DNA from: an uncultured Chloroflexia bacterium
GTDB taxonomy: Bacteria; Chloroflexota; Ktedonobacteria; Ktedonobacterales; JADMIN01
Reading direction: 5' to 3'
DNA length: 32,000 nt
Assembly (NCBI GenBank): GCA_963718915.1
Contig: CAVRAI010000015.1
Span: 570,001 to 602,000 of the forward strand
The position numbers and the translations under genes are program-made. Below the pieces are notes generated by a model that saw nothing but the letters and a program-made list of their open reading frames with translations, ran no database searches and was not told where the DNA came from. Within the stretch, counting starts at the first letter, position 1, and each line of letters starts with the position of its first letter. This document shows, in pieces, positions 27,381-32,000 of the stretch.

Positions 27381-28040
27381 TTAGAAGCCGCCGAAGACAA
27401 ATAATGTCTGCCCAATCTTAATTTCGTCTTCTTCGTCCAGTACATGCTGACTGATTCGCTGGTCATTGACTATTGTGCCATTGGCGCTGTTCTCGTCGTG
27501 CAACAGATAGCGGCCATTGGGCTGCCGGTTGATGGTGGCGTGTATGCGTGAGACCTGCAAGTCATCAAGGAAGACGTCGCTCTCGCGGCTGCGCCCGATG
27601 GTGATGCGGTCTTTGCGCAGGTCGTAGGAGCGCCCCTGTTCTTTGCCCTCTCTGACCACCAGCTTCGGCTTGCCCCGATTGGACGTCGGCCGCAAGACGT
27701 AGGTGCTTTGGTTGTCGGCATAGGCAGCATTGCCAAAGCCCTTCCAGCTATCGTACGCGCCCGCAGGGGCAGGCGCACCCCAATCCTGATTGGGCGGAGT
27801 CGGCCTGGCGGGTGGATTGTTCCAGTCATTGCCTGCAGCAGGAGCGCTCGTTCCGTCAGCATCATTCAGGGCGCCAACTCGACAGCGGGAGTGCCCCACC
27901 CGGCGGCCGCCTGCGCGGCTGGCGGGCTGCCCCACTGTGGCTGCTGCCCTATGGTATCTGGCGGGCCGCCCCACTGGGGAACAGACCCCTGCTGGTCGCC
28001 CCACCCCCGGCTTGGTGACGGAGGCTGGTCTTCTTCCCAT
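27381..28040 (-). CDS. FHA-domain protein (ORF as it stands; only about 27381-27875 is homologous to the FHA paralog, the N-terminal ~55 codons look out-of-frame)
   Basis: FHA core RITIGRSRESDVFLDDLQVSRIHATINRQPNGRYLLHDENSANGTIVNDQRI. Colinear with the 31006-32000 paralog from AAGNDWNNPP onward. The N-terminal MGRRPASVTKPGVGRPAG.. is Arg-rich junk overlapping the other two frames. Confidence 0.75.
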   Translation of the reverse strand: MGRRPASVTKPGVGRPAGVCSPVGRPARYHRAAATVGQPASRAGGRRVGHSRCRVGALNDADGTSAPAAGNDWNNPPARPTPPNQDWGAPAPAGAYDSWKGFGNAAYADNQSTYVLRPTSNRGKPKLVVREGKEQGRSYDLRKDRITIGRSRESDVFLDDLQVSRIHATINRQPNGRYLLHDENSANGTIVNDQRISQHVLDEEDEIKIGQTLFVFGGF

Positions 28041-28057
28041 TCGTCATCCAATTCCAT
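27866..28057 (-). other. WG-rich linker segment in a third frame (fragment of the disrupted TIR/FHA locus)
   Basis: ELDDEWEEDQPPSPSRGWGDQQGSVPQWGGPPDTIGQQPQWGSPPAAQAAAGWG aligns with GWGEQQGTVPQWGGPPDSMGQQPQWSGQPAAPAPAGWG of the downstream paralog. The underlying DNA (27903-27979 vs 31582-31658) aligns without gaps. Confidence 0.65.
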
Positions 28058-28653
28058 TCGTCATCCAATTCGTCATCCAATTCGTCATCCAATTCGTCAT
28101 CCAATTCGTCATCCAATTCGTCATCCAATTCGTCATCCAATTCGTCATCCAAGTCCTGCTCATCCCAATCAGATTCGATTATTCCGCTTCCTCCACTATC
28201 GGCCTTAGAAGGCGCAAGTGCGGAGTGAGCTACTAAGTTACCGGCTATTTCACCTTGCCGCATTAACCGTTGACGTAATTGTTGCAGACCATGATATTCG
28301 TCAACCTGCATATCTATATATTGTAGCTCCACCAGCAGCATCGGGATCCGCTCTACTTGGTGCAGCAAGACAGGAATAATGGGCTTACCCAATTGTTGCG
28401 AAAAGAACAACTCCCTTCTCACCCAGGGCGAGGCCACAGCCTCGGGCGAGAGGCCAACCACAACGACATCGCTCGTTTGAATAGCGAGCTCGATCTGTGC
28501 CACCCACTTGTCGCCACCCTCCAGATGCGCACGATCAACCCAGGTGCGAAAGCCATAGCTAATCAGTTTCGCCTCCAGTCGATCTATGGTCGTGCTATCG
28601 GCGCGGGCGTAGCTGATGAAGACGCTGATTGGCTGATTCACAGGTGCCACCAT
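27949..28653 (-). CDS. TIR-domain protein with C-terminal (DDEL)8 acidic repeat (ORF as it stands)
   Basis: ISVFISYARADS, GGDKWVAQIELAI, VVVVGLSPEAVASPWVRRELFF (conserved Glu at 28411-28413), GKPIIPVLL: a TIR_2-type layout. SD GGAG upstream of ATG 28653. The tail after DDEW (NWMTNGKKTSLRHQ..) looks like frame run-on. Confidence 0.8.
   Translation of the reverse strand: MVAPVNQPISVFISYARADSTTIDRLEAKLISYGFRTWVDRAHLEGGDKWVAQIELAIQTSDVVVVGLSPEAVASPWVRRELFFSQQLGKPIIPVLLHQVERIPMLLVELQYIDMQVDEYHGLQQLRQRLMRQGEIAGNLVAHSALAPSKADSGGSGIIESDWDEQDLDDELDDELDDELDDELDDELDDELDDELDDEWNWMTNGKKTSLRHQAGGGATSRGLFPSGAARQIP
28040..28152. repeat. Tandem 12-nt repeat TTCGTCATCCAA (minus strand: LDDE), 8 perfect copies, then a 5-nt partial unit and a ninth copy
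   Basis: Units at 28057, 28069, 28081, 28093, 28105, 28117, 28129 and 28141. Orphan TTCCA at 28052-28056. Extra unit at 28040-28051. Confidence 0.95.
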
Positions 28654-28803
28654 ACCATATGCTCCTGCGCGTTCATAGGGGCCGCAAGCGTGCCATCAGT
28701 ATAGCATGGAATTGCTTTAGTTCACAGCCGCTTTATGATGATGGAAACCATAACATTGCCTGCTGTGCTTCAATTTTGCCAGATGCGGGATATGGCGTGT
28801 TCA

Positions 28804-28833
28804 GGCTTAGCCGCAGGGCTTCAGCCTGCGGCG
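28804..28833 (-). repeat. Solo REP-like hairpin arm (inverse orientation)
   Basis: GGCTTAGCCGCAGGGCTTCAGCCTGCGGCG. Its reverse complement matches the 27342 copy except for one base in the TAATCC tail. Confidence 0.8.
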
Positions 28834-29082
28834 CGTGAATCATAGGTATCTGTTTAACCTGTGGGACGACATTGTACTTCCAACCTCACGCCAGCACCGG
28901 CTCGGCCAGCGTCCACAATGCTTCACCGATTCATCTGGCGTAGCAATCCAGGCCATTGCCCACGTTATAAATGACCGATTTTGTGCGGCGCTCTCAGATA
29001 GTACACTGTGTCGCGTGGAGTGCATGAGGGGGCGAGCGCCCCAGCGACGACCATACATAAGTGAAGAAGAAGGAGCAGACAG

Positions 29083-29679
29083 ATGCGCAAGATCGTTGTC
29101 TCAGAGTTTGTGACGCTGGATGGGGTCATGCAGGCGCCGGGCGGCAAGGATGAGGATACCGAGGGTGGGTTCGCCTATGGCGGGTGGACGTGGCCCTATT
29201 GGGACGACGGGATTGGCGCCCACTTTGCCGAGGTGATGAGCGAGAGCGATGCCATGCTCCTGGGGCGCAAGACGTGGCAGATCCACGGCGGCGCCTTCGA
29301 GCCGATGGCGGCGGGCGACCCATTTGGCGACGCAATGAACGCAATGCCGAAGTACGTCGTCTCCACCACCCTGACCGATACCTCGGCCTGGCGGAACTCC
29401 ACCCTCATCAGCGGCAATGTGGCGGAAGAGGTGCGCGCCCTGAAGACGCAGCCGGGCAAGAATATCATCATCGATGGCAGCAGCGTCCTCATCCATACCC
29501 TGGCGCGGAACGACCTGATTGATGAGTACCGCCTGGTCGTCTACCCGCTGGCGCTGGGCGGCGGCAAGAAGGTGTTCCCAGACGGGGTGCGGCTCAACCT
29601 GCGGCTCGTCGAGGCACATTCCCTTCCTTCCGGGGTCGTGCTGACGCATTATACGGTGGAGCGCTCCGCATCGGCGTAG
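29083..29679 (+). CDS. Dihydrofolate reductase family protein (RibD C-terminal domain)
   Basis: MRKIVVSEFVTLDGVMQAPGG, LLGRKTW, PKYVVSTTL, IIIDGSSVLIHTLARNDLIDEYRLVVYPLALGGGKKVF. SD GAAGGAG upstream. Confidence 0.85.
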   Translation: MRKIVVSEFVTLDGVMQAPGGKDEDTEGGFAYGGWTWPYWDDGIGAHFAEVMSESDAMLLGRKTWQIHGGAFEPMAAGDPFGDAMNAMPKYVVSTTLTDTSAWRNSTLISGNVAEEVRALKTQPGKNIIIDGSSVLIHTLARNDLIDEYRLVVYPLALGGGKKVFPDGVRLNLRLVEAHSLPSGVVLTHYTVERSASA

Positions 29680-29721
29680 TAGGCGCTGAGGGGTGTAGCA
29701 ACGGTGTTGGCGGCTGGCGCT

Positions 29722-30969
29722 TCACCCAAGTGAGTTGCCACACTTGGTGCAGAAGCGGACTCCTGCCGCATTGCGTGTGCCGCAGCGGCTGCAAGCGCGC
29801 CCGACAACTCCGGTGAGCAGGGAATTGCCGCAGGTGGTGCAGAAGCGGTCGATGGCGCGATTGGGCTGGTGACAGTTGGGGCACGTCACCCACGACTCCG
29901 GGTTACCAGTGGCTGGAGCGGGCTTGCGCGGAACGGAAACCGAGCCAGTGCCCAGGGGTGCGCCACAGGTCGTGCAGAAGCGCTGCTGTGGGGCATTGGG
30001 CGCGCCACACTTCGCGCACGTGACCATCGAGGCAGGCCCGCGCCCGCCAGTGACACGTGGCGCCGGGACGGGAAGCGGCTTCTGGGAGTCCATCGCCTCC
30101 GAGAGCGCCAGCGCCATGTCGGTCGCCTGCTGGAAGCGTTCGGAGGGGTCTTTTTCGAGCGCCTTCATCACGACCGCCTGCACCGCTGGCGAGACGCGCG
30201 GATTACGGGTGGAGGGTAGCGGCGCTGGCTCGTAGATATGCGAGTGCGCCAGCGCGGTGTAGTTGTCGGCCTCGAAGGGGGTATGGCTCGTCAGCATCTC
30301 GTAGAGCATCACGCCGAGCGCATAGATATCGCTGCGCGCGTCCACCATCGCGCCGCGACACTGCTCCGGCGACATGTATTCCGGCGTGCCGACGCCCGCG
30401 CCGGTATGTGTGATGACATTCGAGCTGGCGATCATCTTCGCGATGCCGAAGTCGCTAAGGACGACACGGCGGCTGGCCGTTTCCTTGCCGTTGCCATCCA
30501 CCCGTCGCTGGGTATCCATCAACACATTCACCGGCTTGACATCACGATGGACGATGCCCTGCGCATGCGCATATGAGAGCGCGGAGGCCAGGTCGTGGAT
30601 GATGGGCGGAATATCGGCGAAGGTGAACGGGCGGCTCTCCATGTAATCTTTCAGATTGCCACCAGCGATATATTCCATCGTAATGAACAGGTGGCCCAGT
30701 TCGCGGCCAGCATCATGCACCACGAGGATATTGGGGTGCGTGAGCCGCGCCATCGCCCGCGACTCGATTTTGAAGCGCTCGACGAAGGCAGGATCGGCGG
30801 CATAGTAGGGTGGCAGCACCTTCACAGCGACACGACGGTCGAGGTGCGCCTGATAGGCGCGATAGACCCGGGCCATGCCGCCCTGGCCTATCAACTCCTC
30901 GATCACACAATGGCCGAGCGTCTTGCCAATCAGTTCGTCAACGCCCTGGTCATCAACCTGTTCTGCCAC
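29722..30969 (-). CDS. Hanks-type Ser/Thr protein kinase with three C-terminal zinc-ribbon repeats
   Basis: GQGGMARVY, VAVKVL, HRDVKPVN, SDFGIAK, GTPEYMSPEQ. The C-terminus (29725-30030) has three repeats: CAKCG..FCTTCG, CPNCH..FCTTCG, CSRCG..FCTKCG. No TM segment seen. Confidence 0.9.
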   Translation of the reverse strand: MAEQVDDQGVDELIGKTLGHCVIEELIGQGGMARVYRAYQAHLDRRVAVKVLPPYYAADPAFVERFKIESRAMARLTHPNILVVHDAGRELGHLFITMEYIAGGNLKDYMESRPFTFADIPPIIHDLASALSYAHAQGIVHRDVKPVNVLMDTQRRVDGNGKETASRRVVLSDFGIAKMIASSNVITHTGAGVGTPEYMSPEQCRGAMVDARSDIYALGVMLYEMLTSHTPFEADNYTALAHSHIYEPAPLPSTRNPRVSPAVQAVVMKALEKDPSERFQQATDMALALSEAMDSQKPLPVPAPRVTGGRGPASMVTCAKCGAPNAPQQRFCTTCGAPLGTGSVSVPRKPAPATGNPESWVTCPNCHQPNRAIDRFCTTCGNSLLTGVVGRACSRCGTRNAAGVRFCTKCGNSLG

Positions 30970-31005
30970 CCGCGCTGCCCTTCTTGCGGAGAACGCCCGG
31001 CCGCG

Positions 31006-32000
31006 CTAGCGGTAGACGAAGACCAGCAACGTCTGGCCCACCTGGATCTTGTCGCCGTCCTCCAGCATGTGCTCGGAGACGCGCTGGCCATTGACGAGCG
31101 TGCCGTTCGCGCTCTGCTCGTCACGCAGCAGATAGCGGCCATTCTGCTGCCGGTTGATCGTCGTGTGGGTGCGCGAGACGGCCAGGTCTTCGAGGAAGAC
31201 ATCGCTCTCGCGGCTGCGCCCGATGGTGATGCGGTCTTTGCGCACGTCGTAGGAGCGGCCCTGTTCTTTGCCTTCCTGCACGACCAGTTTCGGCTCGCCC
31301 TGCCCCGTCTGTGGCCGCACGACATAGGTGCGCTGGTCCTCGGTGTAGGCGCCATTGCCATAGCCCTGCTGACCGCTGTACGCGCCAGCTGGAGCAGCGG
31401 CGCCCCAATCCTGACTGGGAGCAGTCGGGCTGGCGGGCGGATTGTTCCAGTTGGGGGCGCCCTGCGGCGCGGGCTGATCCCAGGCCTGTTGTGGCGCGGG
31501 CTGCTGGTTCCACCCCTGTTGCGGGTCTGGTGGACGTTGATTCCAGTCGCTGCCCGCGGCGGGAGCGCCCCCGCCCCACCCGGCAGGCGCCGGTGCGGCT
31601 GGCTGACCGCTCCATTGTGGCTGCTGGCCCATACTATCTGGCGGGCCGCCCCACTGGGGAACGGTACCCTGCTGCTCGCCCCATCCCTGGCCTGATGGTG
31701 GTCCCCATCCGCCTGGAGCGCTACCACGTCCAGCGTTCGCCGCGGCTGGCGCGCCCTGATTCCCGTAGGATGCCCAGTCGCTAGAGGCGGCCGGTCCGGC
31801 ATTCGGACGGCTCGCGGGGCCACTGTAGTCCTCGCCCCAGCCGCCGCCTGGACGCGAACGGCCGGGCTGGCTCACAGGCGCGCGCGACTGGCCGTATGGC
31901 CCCTGATTCGCATCGTAGCCAATGCCGCGCGATGTCTTTTTCGCGTCACCATTGCTGCGCAGCACCATCACGAACACCAGAAGGATCGCGATGATGACGA
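31006..32000 (-). CDS. FHA-domain protein with N-terminal TM anchor and long W/G/Q/P-rich linker, 5'-partial (runs off the right edge)
   Basis: The frame stays open to nt 32000 (..VIIAILLVFVMVLRSNGD = TM helix). FHA core RITIGRSRESDVFLEDLAVSRTHTTINRQQNGRYLLRDEQSANGTLVNGQRV. Stop is 36 nt upstream of the kinase start. Confidence 0.85.
   Translation of the reverse strand, partial: VIIAILLVFVMVLRSNGDAKKTSRGIGYDANQGPYGQSRAPVSQPGRSRPGGGWGEDYSGPASRPNAGPAASSDWASYGNQGAPAAANAGRGSAPGGWGPPSGQGWGEQQGTVPQWGGPPDSMGQQPQWSGQPAAPAPAGWGGGAPAAGSDWNQRPPDPQQGWNQQPAPQQAWDQPAPQGAPNWNNPPASPTAPSQDWGAAAPAGAYSGQQGYGNGAYTEDQRTYVVRPQTGQGEPKLVVQEGKEQGRSYDVRKDRITIGRSRESDVFLEDLAVSRTHTTINRQQNGRYLLRDEQSANGTLVNGQRVSEHMLEDGDKIQVGQTLLVFVYR

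Noticed and set aside
2830-28057. Programmed ribosomal frameshifting at the four frame breaks
   Set aside because: I see no X_XXY_YYZ slippery heptamer and no convincing downstream stimulatory structure at any site. The directions are mixed (+1 and -1). Indel error or mutation is simpler.
28040-28152. Possible CRISPR array
   Set aside because: The units are contiguous 12-nt repeats with no spacers. They are in frame with a coding sequence (DDEL), and no cas genes are nearby.
27300-29100. Mobile genomic island or prophage carrying the TIR gene
   Set aside because: The lower GC is real, but no integrase, transposase, tRNA attachment site or direct flanking repeats are visible. The two flanking REP-like arms are inverted solo copies of a family also found elsewhere in the window.
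30595-31823. 366-aa plus-strand ORF and 297-aa alternative minus-frame ORF
   Set aside because: Both overlap the kinase and FHA2 genes, which have clear catalytic and FHA motifs. The alternatives are Arg/Ala/Pro-rich with no recognisable domain.
1-32000. tRNA, rRNA, tmRNA, RNase P or riboswitch genes
   Set aside because: Intergenic regions were scanned by eye (2200-2740, 4025-4188, 8512-8842, 11445-11887, 15773-15987, 21586-21894, 27209-27380, 28654-29082). No cloverleaf-compatible or otherwise recognisable conserved RNA motifs were found. A covariance-model scan would be needed to be sure.

Overview
High-GC, densely coding bacterial chromosomal window. I found no rRNA, tRNA, CRISPR array, transposase or integrase.

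Layout:
- Left third (1-8.5 kb): housekeeping and accessory genes. These are a 5'-partial CHAP amidase, a CPBP protease, an MFS transporter, a SAM methyltransferase, a persulfide-dioxygenase/rhodanese fusion, an SRPBCC protein and an Eis-like GNAT.
- Middle (8.8-16.6 kb): a DUF2089 regulator plus a large DUF4097/Toastrack beta-helix protein, a DUF2630-like protein, PadR, a SHOCT membrane protein and an OmpR/histidine-kinase pair.
- 16.7-27.2 kb: all nine genes of the coproporphyrin-dependent heme pathway on the minus strand (hemQ-hemH-hemA-hemC-hemD, repeat-containing gap, hemB-hemE-hemY-hemL). They are followed by an orphan B12-binding-like ORF.
- Right end (27.4-32 kb): a TIR domain ORF, two paralogous FHA proteins, a Hanks Ser/Thr kinase with three zinc ribbons, and a RibD_C/DHFR-family gene.

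Most notable observations:
1. TIR domain, (DDEL)8 acidic repeat, WG-rich linker and FHA domain are colinear on the minus strand but split over three reading frames. The TIR part is visibly lower in GC, and the locus sits beside a kinase and an FHA paralog.
2. The HemQ/ChdC coproheme decarboxylase carries a C-terminal Rieske [2Fe-2S] domain.
3. hemL and the MFS gene also carry single-nucleotide frame breaks. That makes four in 32 kb, all at short G/C/T runs, so assembly indels must be excluded before calling pseudogenes.
4. A 30-nt hairpin repeat family (REP/MITE-like) occupies four intergenic sites.

The lineage guess (monoderm-type, Chloroflexota/Actinomycetota-like) is inference from gene content only.
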